NCBI RefSeq assembly: GCF_042660085.1
Contig: NZ_JBHSTI010000008.1
Coordinates: 630,001 to 662,000, forward strand
Direction of reading: 5' to 3'
Length of the DNA stretch: 32,000 bases
DNA from: Longivirga aurantiaca
GTDB taxonomy: Bacteria > Actinomycetota > Actinomycetes > S36-B12 > CAIYMF01
Positions 1 through 8,548 of the stretch are shown here, piece after piece. Position 1 is the first letter of the stretch. The number at the start of each line of letters is the position of its first letter. Made by a program: the position numbers and the translations under genes. The notes under the pieces were generated by a model. The model saw nothing but the letters and a program-made list of their open reading frames with translations. It ran no database searches and was not told where the DNA came from.

Positions 1-822
1 GCGACGATGTGGAAGCACTCGCACAACGAGCTGCACCACACGTACACGAACGTGCTCGGCCGCGACAACGACCTCGGGTACGGGATCATGCGCGTCGACG
101 AGGACCAGCGCTGGAAGCCGGGCTACATCGCCCAGCCCGTTTGGAACTTCGTCAACATGTGCTTCTTCCAGTACGGCATCGCGGCGTACGACCTCGAGGT
201 GGGCAAGTACCTCGCGGGCCGCAAGGACAAGGACCAGTTCTGGGCCGAGGCCCGCGTGGTGCTCGCCAAGATCCGCTCCCAGGCGACGCGCGACTACGTC
301 GTGCACCCGCTGCTGTCGGGCCCGTCGTTCGTGCCCACGCTCGCGGCCAACGCCACCGCCAACTTCGTGCGCAACGTGTGGACGCACTCGGTCATCATGT
401 GCGGCCACTTCCCCGAGGGAGTCGAGACCTTCTCGAAGACCTCGATCGAGGGCGAGAGCCGCGGCGAGTGGTACCTGCGCCAGATGCTGGGCTCGGCCAA
501 CATCTCGGGCGGCAAGCTGCTGCACATCATGAGCGGCAACCTGTCGTTCCAGATCGAGCACCACCTGTTCCCCGACCTGCCGAGCAACCGCTACCAGGAG
601 ATCGCACCCCAGGTGGAGGCGCTCTTCGAGCGCTACGGCCTCACCTACACCAGCGGCCCGATGGTGAAGCAGGTCGCGTCCGCGTGGACGAAGGTCGTGC
701 GGCTCTCGCTGCCGAACCACTTGCTGCGCAAGGCGTCCCAGGGCGTCGCCGCGGCGACGTCGCTGCCGCGCAAGGTCGTCGCCGCCGTGCTGCCCGACGT
801 CGCGACGAGCGCCGCGGCCTGA
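1..822 (+). CDS. Membrane fatty-acid desaturase, C-terminal part (5' end lies outside the window)
   Basis: The frame of ORF 7..822 is open back to base 1. Histidine boxes HNELHH and QIEHHLFP are typical of di-iron acyl desaturases. TGA at 820-822. Confidence 0.85.
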   Translation, partial: ATMWKHSHNELHHTYTNVLGRDNDLGYGIMRVDEDQRWKPGYIAQPVWNFVNMCFFQYGIAAYDLEVGKYLAGRKDKDQFWAEARVVLAKIRSQATRDYVVHPLLSGPSFVPTLAANATANFVRNVWTHSVIMCGHFPEGVETFSKTSIEGESRGEWYLRQMLGSANISGGKLLHIMSGNLSFQIEHHLFPDLPSNRYQEIAPQVEALFERYGLTYTSGPMVKQVASAWTKVVRLSLPNHLLRKASQGVAAATSLPRKVVAAVLPDVATSAAA

Positions 823-825
823 CCG

Positions 826-1212
826 TCAGACGCTGCGGCCCCGCAGCCGCTCGGTGATCCGGCGCTCCTTCTTGGTCGGCCGGCCCGACCCGCGCTCGCG
901 CACGATGGGCGCCGCCCGCTCCTCCTTCGGGGGAGGGGGCGGCGTCCTGTCGTCGTAGTTGAGCGCGGCCAGCGTCGCGCTCGTGCGCTTCTCGATCAGG
1001 CCGGTCACGACGACGATGCGCTCTCCGCCGGGGGTGTAGGCGCGGACCGTGTCGCCGATGCGCACCGGGGTGGCGGGCTTCGCGGCGGCGTCGTTGACCT
1101 TCACGTGCCCGGCCTTGCACGCCGCGCTCGCAGCCGATCGGGTGGGGTAGAGGCGGATCGCCCACGTCCACGCGTCGGCGCGGACGCTCGACGGCGGTGG
1201 CGACGCGGGCAT
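826..1212 (-). CDS. Small S4-domain RNA-binding protein (Hsp15-like)
   Basis: 128 aa ORF with an ATG start. The segment RADAWTWAIRLYPTRSAASAACKAGHVKVNDAAAKPATPVRIGDTV matches the S4 alpha-L motif pattern, followed by a basic C-terminal tail. Confidence 0.7.
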   Translation of the reverse strand: MPASPPPSSVRADAWTWAIRLYPTRSAASAACKAGHVKVNDAAAKPATPVRIGDTVRAYTPGGERIVVVTGLIEKRTSATLAALNYDDRTPPPPPKEERAAPIVRERGSGRPTKKERRITERLRGRSV

Positions 1213-1352
1213 GACGTCAGCCTAGGCGGGCCGCGGCGTGGTGCCGGAGACGTTCCGCGGGCGTCGTTCGTCGGACCTGTGCCGCCCCGGGATGCCCGGG
1301 CGGCGCGCATGCCGTTCGATGGCCTGGTGGGGACGACGCGAGGGGGCGAGGC

Positions 1353-3914
1353 GTGATCGGCTGGTTGCGGTCGTCGCGGGCACGGACTGCCGCGGCGGTG
1401 CTGGGCGTGGTCGCGCTGCTCGCCGCCCTTCTCCTCTGGGTCGTCCCTGTGCTGACCGCGGGGCCGACGGTCCGCGAGGAGGCGCTCCGCGTGCCGGTGG
1501 GCGCCGAGCCCGACGGCACGGCGGTCGAGCTCGACGTCGCGGTCTACACGTCCGACGGCGCCACGGCGCCCGCCCCGGCCGTGCTGCTCGCGCACGGGTT
1601 CGGGGGCAAGCGCCAGGACCTCGTCGCACAGGCACGCAGGCTCGCCGCCGAGGGGTACGTCGTCCTCACCTGGACCGCCCGCGGCTTCGGCGAGTCCGGT
1701 GGGCGCATCCACCTGAACGCACCGGCGTACGAGGTGGCCGACGCGAGCGCGCTGGTCGACCTGCTCGCCGCACGCGACGACGTCCAGCTCGACGCCGACG
1801 GCGACCCGCGGGTGGGCATCGCCGGCGGTTCCTACGGCGGCGCCATCGCGCTGCTCGCCGCGGGCTACGACCAGCGGGTCGACGCGATCGCGCCGCGGAT
1901 CACCTGGAACGACCTCGCGGCCTCGCTCTTCCCGCAGTTCGCCACGACGGGCGATCCCAGCACGGCTGCGGCGTTCGACCCCGTCCCCGACCCCGGCGTG
2001 TTCAAGCGGCTCTGGGCGGGCGTGTTCTTCGGCAGCGGCTCGGCGTCCGCCGACGACCCGACCATCTGCGGCCGGTTCGCCGAGGACGTGTGCGACGCGT
2101 ACGGCGCGAGCGCGGCGACCGGCGTGCCGACGCCGGAGATCCTGGACCTCCTCGCCGCCTCGAGCCCGGCGTCGGTGCTCGACCGGATCGAGGCGCCGAC
2201 GCTGCTGCTGCAGGGTCAGGCCGACTCGCTCTTCCCGCTGTCGGAGGGCGACGCCAACGCACGGGGGATCGCAGCGGCCGGCACGCCCGTGAAGCTCGTC
2301 TGGTTCGCCGGCGGCCACGACGGCGGCGACCAGGAGGACGAGCGGCTCGACGCGCTGACCCTCGCCTGGTTCGACCGCTACCTCCGCGACGACGGCACAG
2401 CGGCCGACACCCGCTTCGAGGCGACGGGGCAGGCGGCGTCGCTGTTCGGCGCGCGGACCGGCGCCGACCCGCAGGTGCTCGCCGCGGACGCCGCGCCGGG
2501 CCTCGGCGGCACCGACGTGGTGCGGCGCGAGGTGCCGCTGTCCGGCGGCGCCCAGACCGTGGTCGCCCCGGCGGGCGGCAACCCGGCGCAGGTGTCGAGC
2601 CTGCCGGGGCTCGGCGCCGTCGTGTCGACGCTGCTGCGCGGCTCGCAGCGCGCGCTGCCCGACATCCCGGGCCAGTCCGCCGTCTTCGAGACCGAGCCGT
2701 TCACCGAGACCTTCACGCTGGTGGGCTCGGCGACCGTCGACGTGCGCGTGCGCACCACGGCACCCGACGTGACGCTGTTCGCGCGGCTGCTCGACGTCGG
2801 CCCGGGGGGCAGCGAGGCGGTGCTGCCCAACCGGCTCGTGACCACGGTGCGCCTCGACGGCGGCGCCGACCAGACCGTACGGGTGGTGCTGCCGGCCGTC
2901 GTGCGCGAGCTCCAGCCGGGTCACGCCCTCCGGCTCGTGCTGACGACGACCGACCAGGCGTACGCGATGCCGCCCGATGCCCGCACCTACGACCTCGAGC
3001 TGGCCGGCTCGCGGGCGCTGTCGCTCCCCGACGTGCCGGTCGCGCCGCTGCCGTCGGACAACGCGGGGCTGGTGGCCGCGGCGGTGGTCGTCGGTCTGCT
3101 CGTGCTGGGCCTCGGGGCGCTGGCCGTCGTGGTCGGGCGGCGCGGGCGCCATGTGGCGCAGGACGTCGAGGCGGGGCTCGAGGAGGTGCCGCTGGTCGTG
3201 CGCAACCTCGGGAAGTCATACGCCGGCGGCTTCCGCGCCGTGTCCGACGTGAGCTTCCGGGTGGAGAAGGGCCAGGTGCTCGGCCTGCTCGGCCCGAACG
3301 GTGCCGGCAAGACGACGGTGCTGCGGATGCTGCTCGGGCTCATCCGGCCGTCCGAGGGCGAGCTGCTGGTCTTCGGCCACCGCATCACGCCGGGCGCGCC
3401 GGTGCTGTCGCGGCTCGGCGCCTTCGTCGAGGGCCCCGGCCTGCTCCCGCACCTGTCGGGGCGCGCGAACCTCGAGCTGTTCTGGCGCGTCACGGGACGG
3501 CCGGCCGACGAGGCGTACCTCGACACCGTGCTCGAGGTGGCCGGGCTCGGTGCCGACGTCGACCGCAAGGTGCGCACCTACAGCCAGGGCATGCGCGCCC
3601 GCATCGCGATCGCGCAGGCGATGCTCGGCCTGCCCGAGCTGCTCGTGCTCGACGAGCCGACCAACGGTCTCGACCCGCCTCAGATCCGCGAGGTCCGCGA
3701 GGTGCTGCGCACGTACGCCGAGACCGGGCGCACGGTGGTGGTCTCGAGCCACCTGCTCGCCGAGGTCGAGCGCACCTGCACGCACGTCGTGGTGATGCAC
3801 CGCGGCGAGCTCGTGGCCGCCGGCCCGCTCGACCAGGTCGTGGCCGCGGACGCCGACGACGACTCCGCCGCCGACCTCGAGTCGGTCTTCCTCGGCCTGA
3901 TCGGAGCGACATGA
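1353..3914 (+). CDS. Fusion protein: TM helix, CocE/NonD(S15)-type alpha/beta hydrolase domain, TM helix, ABC transporter ATP-binding domain
   Basis: GTG start after a GAGGGGG RBS-like run. N-terminal TM AAVLGVVALLAALLLWVVPVL. Hydrolase motifs LLAHGFGG and nucleophile elbow GGSYGG, plus a beta-rich C-terminal hydrolase subdomain. Second TM LVAAAVVVGLLVLGLGALAVVV (nt ~3064-3138). ABC motifs: Walker A GPNGAGKTT, signature YSQGMRARI, Walker B LLVLDEPTNGLD. Confidence 0.85.
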   Translation: MIGWLRSSRARTAAAVLGVVALLAALLLWVVPVLTAGPTVREEALRVPVGAEPDGTAVELDVAVYTSDGATAPAPAVLLAHGFGGKRQDLVAQARRLAAEGYVVLTWTARGFGESGGRIHLNAPAYEVADASALVDLLAARDDVQLDADGDPRVGIAGGSYGGAIALLAAGYDQRVDAIAPRITWNDLAASLFPQFATTGDPSTAAAFDPVPDPGVFKRLWAGVFFGSGSASADDPTICGRFAEDVCDAYGASAATGVPTPEILDLLAASSPASVLDRIEAPTLLLQGQADSLFPLSEGDANARGIAAAGTPVKLVWFAGGHDGGDQEDERLDALTLAWFDRYLRDDGTAADTRFEATGQAASLFGARTGADPQVLAADAAPGLGGTDVVRREVPLSGGAQTVVAPAGGNPAQVSSLPGLGAVVSTLLRGSQRALPDIPGQSAVFETEPFTETFTLVGSATVDVRVRTTAPDVTLFARLLDVGPGGSEAVLPNRLVTTVRLDGGADQTVRVVLPAVVRELQPGHALRLVLTTTDQAYAMPPDARTYDLELAGSRALSLPDVPVAPLPSDNAGLVAAAVVVGLLVLGLGALAVVVGRRGRHVAQDVEAGLEEVPLVVRNLGKSYAGGFRAVSDVSFRVEKGQVLGLLGPNGAGKTTVLRMLLGLIRPSEGELLVFGHRITPGAPVLSRLGAFVEGPGLLPHLSGRANLELFWRVTGRPADEAYLDTVLEVAGLGADVDRKVRTYSQGMRARIAIAQAMLGLPELLVLDEPTNGLDPPQIREVREVLRTYAETGRTVVVSSHLLAEVERTCTHVVVMHRGELVAAGPLDQVVAADADDDSAADLESVFLGLIGAT

Positions 3915-4825
3915 GCAGCACCTCGACGACGCGCGGCGTGCACGACCTGCTGAGGTCTGCGCCCCCGCCCCCGACTGCCGCCGCCGACGGCTCGGCCGCC
4001 GGATGGTCGGCCGGCCGCACGCTGCCGCTGCGGGTCGAGCTCGTGCGCCAGTGGCGGCGCCGGCGTACGCAGCTGGTGCTCGCCGGGCTCGCGCTGTTCC
4101 CGCTCGTGCTGGCCGCGCTGTTCGCCCGCAACCGCGAGGGCGTGGTGACCGGCGGCACACGGTTCGTCGACCTCGCGACCGGCGGCGCGGTGAACTTCGC
4201 GCTGTTCGTGGTGTTCGCGTCGTCGACCCTGCTCATCGTGGTGGTGGTCGCGCTCTTCTGCGGCGACACGGTGGCGAGCGAGGCGGGGTGGTCGTCGCTG
4301 AAGTACCTGCTCGCATCGCCCGTGTCGCGGTCGCGGCTGCTGCGGCAGAAGCTCGTAGTGTCGTTCGGCCTCGCGCTGACCGGTCTCGTGATCCTGCCCG
4401 TGTCCGCGTTGATCTCGGGCGGAATCTTCTTCGGCTTCGGCCCGGCGCGCACTCCGCTCGGCAGCGTGATCCCGACCGGTGAGGCGCTGTTCCGCCTGTC
4501 GATCGTGATCGGCTACCTCGCCGTCTCGATGCTGTTCGTCGCGTCGCTCGCGTTCTTCCTCGGGGTGCACACCGACGCCCCGCTCGGTGCGGTGGGTGGC
4601 GCGGTGATGCTCGTGATCATCTCGACCATCCTCGACCAGGTGGAGGATCTCGGGCCGGTGCGGGAGATCCTGCCGACCCACTACATCGGGGCGTGGGTGG
4701 ACGCGTTCAACGACCCGGTCGTATGGCAGGACATGGGCCGCGGCGCCGTCCTGTCGGTCGCGTACGCCGCGGTGCTGCTCGCCCTGGCGTGGCGCAAGTT
4801 CCTGCGCAAGGACGTGCTCTCGTAG
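3911..4825 (+). CDS. ABC-2 type transporter permease (partner of the 1353..3914 ATPase)
   Basis: ATG at 3911 overlaps the upstream TGA (ATGA coupling). The 304 aa protein has several hydrophobic segments (LVLAGLALFPLVLAALFA, FALFVVFASSTLLIVVVVALF, and others). It is the last third of the otherwise spurious ORF 1238..4825. Confidence 0.8.
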   Translation: MSSTSTTRGVHDLLRSAPPPPTAAADGSAAGWSAGRTLPLRVELVRQWRRRRTQLVLAGLALFPLVLAALFARNREGVVTGGTRFVDLATGGAVNFALFVVFASSTLLIVVVVALFCGDTVASEAGWSSLKYLLASPVSRSRLLRQKLVVSFGLALTGLVILPVSALISGGIFFGFGPARTPLGSVIPTGEALFRLSIVIGYLAVSMLFVASLAFFLGVHTDAPLGAVGGAVMLVIISTILDQVEDLGPVREILPTHYIGAWVDAFNDPVVWQDMGRGAVLSVAYAAVLLALAWRKFLRKDVLS

Positions 4826-4868
4826 CGGTGCTCCGACACGCGGCCGTCCCTCTGCCAGACTGCGGGCC

Positions 4869-6254
4869 GTGAGCCCCGACCTGCGTCCCGGCCCGGCCTC
4901 GTTGTGGCGCGCGACCGTGGACGGGCCGCCACCGACGTACCCGCCCCTCCCGGGCGATCGCGACGCCGACGTCGTGATCGTCGGCGCCGGCTACACAGGC
5001 CTCTGGACGGCGTACTACCTGGCCGAGGCCGACCCGTCGCTCCGGATCGTCGTGCTCGACAAGGAGTACGTCGGGTTCGGGGCCTCCGGCCGCAACGGCG
5101 GCTGGTGCTCGGCGATCTACCCGGCGTCGATGCGACGGGTGTCTGCCCTCGCGGGTCGCGATGCCGCGATCCGCATGCAGCGGGCGATGAACGGCACCGT
5201 GCTCGAGGTGGGCGCGGTGGCCGAGGCCGAGGGGATCGAGTGCGGCTTCCGGGCCGGCGGCTACGCCTCGGTCGCGCGCAACGAGGCCCAGCTCGCGCGT
5301 TCGCAGGCCGAGGCGGCCGGCTGGGCGGCGTACGGGATGTCCGACCAGCTGACGCTGCTGGGCCAGGTGGAGGCGTCGAACCGCGTCAGGGCCACGGGCG
5401 TGCTCGGCGGCACCTACACCCCGCATTGCGCCGCGCTGCAGCCGTTCTCGCTCGTGGTCGGTCTCGGAACGGCGGTGGCCCGACGCGGCGTGACGATCCA
5501 CGAGGGCACCGAGGTCATCGGGATCGAGCAGGGGCGCGTCACGACGACGCGCGGCGTGGTGCGCGCCGACGTCGTGGTGCGCGCGACCGAGGGCTTCACG
5601 CCGACGCTGCCCGGCGTGCACCGGTCGGTGGTGCCGATGTACTCGCTGATGGTGGCGACCGAGCCCTTCTCGGACGACCTCTGGGGGCAGATCGGCCTCG
5701 CCGAGCGGGAGACCTTCAGCGACAAGCGGCACCTGAGGATCTACGGGCAGCGCACCGCCGACGGGCGCATCGCCTTCGGCGGGCGTGGGGCGCCGTACCA
5801 CTGGGGGTCGAGCGTGCGTCCCGAGCACGACGTCGACGACCGGGTGCACGCGATGCTGCGGCGCATCCTCGTCGAGCTGTTCCCCGCCCTCGGCGGCGTG
5901 CGGTTCACGCACGCCTGGGGCGGCAACCTCGGGATCCCGCGCGACTGGACGCCGTCGGTCACGTTCGACGCCGCGACCGGGCTCGCCCAGGCGGGCGGCT
6001 ACGTCGGCGACGGGGTCGCGACGGCGAACCTCGCGGGCCGGATGCTCCGCGACGCGATCCTGCGCACGTCCGGCAGCGAGCTGCTCGACCTTCCCCTCTA
6101 CGGCCACCGTTCCCGAGCCTGGGAGCCGGAACCCCTGCGCTGGACCGGCGTCAACGCGGTCACGGCGCTCTTCTCCGCGGCCGACCGCACCGAGGCCCGC
6201 ACGGGTCGGCCGTCGCGCGCGGCCGCCCGCTTCTGGCGCACGCTCGGCCACTGA
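4869..6254 (+). CDS. FAD-dependent oxidoreductase (DAO family)
   Basis: 461 aa with a GTG start. N-terminal dinucleotide-binding motif VVIVGAGYTGLWTAYYLA followed by GASGRNGGW, typical of the DAO/glycine-oxidase-like family. Confidence 0.85.
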   Translation: MSPDLRPGPASLWRATVDGPPPTYPPLPGDRDADVVIVGAGYTGLWTAYYLAEADPSLRIVVLDKEYVGFGASGRNGGWCSAIYPASMRRVSALAGRDAAIRMQRAMNGTVLEVGAVAEAEGIECGFRAGGYASVARNEAQLARSQAEAAGWAAYGMSDQLTLLGQVEASNRVRATGVLGGTYTPHCAALQPFSLVVGLGTAVARRGVTIHEGTEVIGIEQGRVTTTRGVVRADVVVRATEGFTPTLPGVHRSVVPMYSLMVATEPFSDDLWGQIGLAERETFSDKRHLRIYGQRTADGRIAFGGRGAPYHWGSSVRPEHDVDDRVHAMLRRILVELFPALGGVRFTHAWGGNLGIPRDWTPSVTFDAATGLAQAGGYVGDGVATANLAGRMLRDAILRTSGSELLDLPLYGHRSRAWEPEPLRWTGVNAVTALFSAADRTEARTGRPSRAAARFWRTLGH

Positions 6255-6258
6255 CGGC

Positions 6259-6295
6259 GACGGCCCACCGGGAGCGATGCTCCCGACGGGCCGTC
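6259..6295. terminator. Bidirectional terminator-like hairpin between convergent genes
   Basis: GACGGCCCACCGGGAGC-GAT-GCTCCCGACGGGCCGTC. 15 of 17 positions pair. It lies between the stop at 6254 (+) and the stop at 6323 (-). Confidence 0.6.
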
Positions 6296-6322
6296 CCCGG
6301 TCCTGCATGTGTCAGAGAGAGG

Positions 6323-8296
6323 TCACGTGCCGGTGATGATGCGCGGTGCGGTCATGGTGTCCTGGCCGTGCATGTAGTTGGCCGGTACGTAGACGCGGTA
6401 CTCCCACGTGCCGGGCTGCACGACGATCTTGGCCGTGATCGCGCCGGTGGTCTGGGCGGTGCCCTGCCAGAGGTTGGAGTAGCTGCCGGTCGTCCCGACC
6501 TTGCGGGCGATGACCCACACGGTCCGCTGGTTGCCCGGCGTCACCGAGATGCCGTCGAGGTAGGTCCAGCCCGCCGCGACCGTCGACGTGGTGGTGTCGA
6601 AGCCCGAGACGGTGGTCTTCGCCGAGACGGTGCGGACGGCGGAGCCCACCGGGCCGTACGTCTTCCACGCCGGGGCGTACACGCGCCACTCCCAGATGCC
6701 GACCAGGACGCTGCCGGTGAACGGGATGCTGCAGCCGACGTTGGTGGTCTGGGTGGTCACGGTGTACCAGCTCGTCGCACCCTGCAGGCGGCGCTGCAGG
6801 ACCGCGGGGCGACCCGACTGGCTCCCGCAGGTGACGGCGACGGTCGAGCTGAACGTGCCGCCGCTCGCGGCGGTGAGGGAGGTGGAGGCCCAGCCGCTGA
6901 TGCTCGACGGCGCGTACGGCGTCACGGCGGCGGCGAAGGACGCGGGGCCGTCGCCGAGCGCGTTGAACGGGACGACCTTGACGGTGGCGCTGGCGCCGTT
7001 GGTGGCGGTGACAGCCGCGCTCGTCGTGGTGACGATCTTCTTCTGGACGCCGTTGACGTACACGCGGTACGACGTCGCCCCCTCGCCGGCGGGCGCCGCC
7101 ACCCAGGTGGCGTTCACGGTGGCGTTGCCGGCCTTCGCGGTGAGGCCCGAGACCGCACCCGGGACCGCCTTGGCGGCGGCGGAGATGCTCGTGGGCAGCG
7201 AGTCGCCCTCGCTGTTGACCGCGACGACGCTGAACTTCTGGACGACGCCGTTCGTGAGCCCGGTGGCGGTGAACGAGGCGGCGTTGGCGGGGAGGTTCAA
7301 GGCGAGGCCCTTGTCCGACGTGACGCGGTAGCCGAGCACCGGAGCCCCGTTGGTGGACGCCGGCGGCGCCCAGGTCAGGAGCACCTTGCCGTTGTACGGC
7401 GTCGCCGCGAGGCTGCGCACGGGCGTCGTGATGTTGCGGACGGTCTGCGACCAGGTGCCGCTGACGGAGTAGCCGACCGCGGTGCCGCCGGGCGTCGCGA
7501 TGGAGAACGCACCGCTCGAGACCCCGGTCTTCGTCGGGAGCGCGAGGGTGCCGGCCGCGGTCGACCAGTCGGCGGTGTCGTCGCTGCCGTTGGTGAAGGA
7601 CGGCACGCAGGTGGGGAGGCCCGACAGGCAGATGTAGCCGCCGCCGAACACGTCGTTGTCGTCGTCCCACATCACGAACCGCAGAGGCCGGTTCTGCTGC
7701 GCCCCGGCGATCGAGTGCGTGCGCGCGGTGCTGGGCACGGAGTAGGTGCCGCCGGTGCTCCAGGCCCAGTAGGTGCTCGTGGCGCCGAGCTGCCGGTAGG
7801 CGCCCAGCTCGGAGGTGCTGACCTTGGAGCCCATCCAGTAGAAGTCGCCCGCACCGGTGGAGTCGGAGTCGTTCGTGAGCGACACCTTGTCGAACGTGAC
7901 CGTGAGGTCGCGTCGCGGCGTGCGCAGCGTGCCCTCCTCGGTGCGGACGTTGCCGAACGAGTCGGCCGCCTTCACGACGTAGCGGTACCAGGCGCCCTGC
8001 GAGAGCCCGGTCTGCATGTCGTAGCTGCGGGTCGAGGTGAGGGCAGATCCGGCGGCCGGTGCGAACGACTTCACCTTGGTGGCGCCGAAGTAGATGTCGG
8101 CCGACACGAGGGTCGGGCTGCTGGTGGACACGTCGAGGCGCAGGCCGTCGGGGTACGGAGTCGCCGTGATGGCGCTGATGCAGTCGGTCTGGCACGGCGT
8201 CGCGGCGGACGCCGACGGCGCGACGGCGAGCGTGCTGCCGAGGATCGCGGCGGCGGTGACGCCGGCGGCTGCGGCGCGGCGTGCGGTGCGGTTCAT
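6323..8296 (-). CDS. Large secreted protein with fibronectin type III repeats
   Basis: Signal peptide MNRTARRAAAAGVTAAAILGSTLAVAPSASAA, with an RR that may indicate Tat export. Two Fn3-like modules (LLTWAPPASTNGAPVLGYRVTS...VVAVNSEGDS and VNATWVAAPAGEGATSYRVYVNG...VVPFNALGDG). AGGAGA RBS 7 nt upstream of the ATG. Confidence 0.8.
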   Translation of the reverse strand: MNRTARRAAAAGVTAAAILGSTLAVAPSASAATPCQTDCISAITATPYPDGLRLDVSTSSPTLVSADIYFGATKVKSFAPAAGSALTSTRSYDMQTGLSQGAWYRYVVKAADSFGNVRTEEGTLRTPRRDLTVTFDKVSLTNDSDSTGAGDFYWMGSKVSTSELGAYRQLGATSTYWAWSTGGTYSVPSTARTHSIAGAQQNRPLRFVMWDDDNDVFGGGYICLSGLPTCVPSFTNGSDDTADWSTAAGTLALPTKTGVSSGAFSIATPGGTAVGYSVSGTWSQTVRNITTPVRSLAATPYNGKVLLTWAPPASTNGAPVLGYRVTSDKGLALNLPANAASFTATGLTNGVVQKFSVVAVNSEGDSLPTSISAAAKAVPGAVSGLTAKAGNATVNATWVAAPAGEGATSYRVYVNGVQKKIVTTTSAAVTATNGASATVKVVPFNALGDGPASFAAAVTPYAPSSISGWASTSLTAASGGTFSSTVAVTCGSQSGRPAVLQRRLQGATSWYTVTTQTTNVGCSIPFTGSVLVGIWEWRVYAPAWKTYGPVGSAVRTVSAKTTVSGFDTTTSTVAAGWTYLDGISVTPGNQRTVWVIARKVGTTGSYSNLWQGTAQTTGAITAKIVVQPGTWEYRVYVPANYMHGQDTMTAPRIITGT

Positions 8297-8345
8297 GGCT
8301 GTCTCTCCTACGTGGGGACCGGGTGTCCCGTCACGTCAGACGCTC

Positions 8346-8402
8346 GTGCCTGCGGTGGGTCCCGCACCTGAGCAGCGACTACTCACCTTCGCTCCGGCGC
8401 TA
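8346..8402 (+). repeat. Degenerate junction-repeat copy upstream of the first HNH gene
   Basis: It begins GCTCGTGCCTGCGG (compare GCTCGTGCCTCCCACG at 13033) and ends TCCGGCGCTA (compare ACCGGCACTA). The match is weak. Confidence 0.25.
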
Positions 8403-8501
8403 CCTAGGCAGCCGGGCTGGTGGTCGCTTCACGGGAGGCCTGCTCGCCGACGACCAGTTCTGGTGGTGGCCGGATTCGCCTGTGGTTGCTGTGGATTTCT
8501 C

Positions 8502-8542
8502 CTGTCGGTGGTCGGTGCATTGTCGGAGGTGGTTGGCATGAT
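8502..8542 (+). promoter_or_regulatory. RecA-NDp/PafBC-type DNA-damage promoter motif(s) in front of the HNH gene
   Basis: CTGTCGGTG at 8502-8510, GTCGGTG at 8511-8517, then TTGTCGGAG (8520-8528), an 8 nt spacer and CATGAT (8537-8542). The ATG at 8549 lies 7 nt after the -10 element, implying a leaderless mRNA. Confidence 0.45.
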
Positions 8543-8548
8543 GGGGTC

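Noticed and set aside
1238-4825. 1195-aa ORF spanning the whole hydrolase-ABC region
   Set aside because: It is Arg/Gly/Ala/Pro-rich and reads out of frame over the real 1353..3914 gene. Only its last 304 codons (3911..4825) look like a real membrane protein. This is typical high-GC shadow reading.
4707-8371. Long ORFs 4904..8371 (+, 1155 aa), 4707..6308 (-) and 6312..8195 (-)
   Set aside because: They have low-complexity Arg/Gly/Asp/His composition and overlap, out of frame or antisense, the well-supported FAD oxidoreductase and Fn3 genes.
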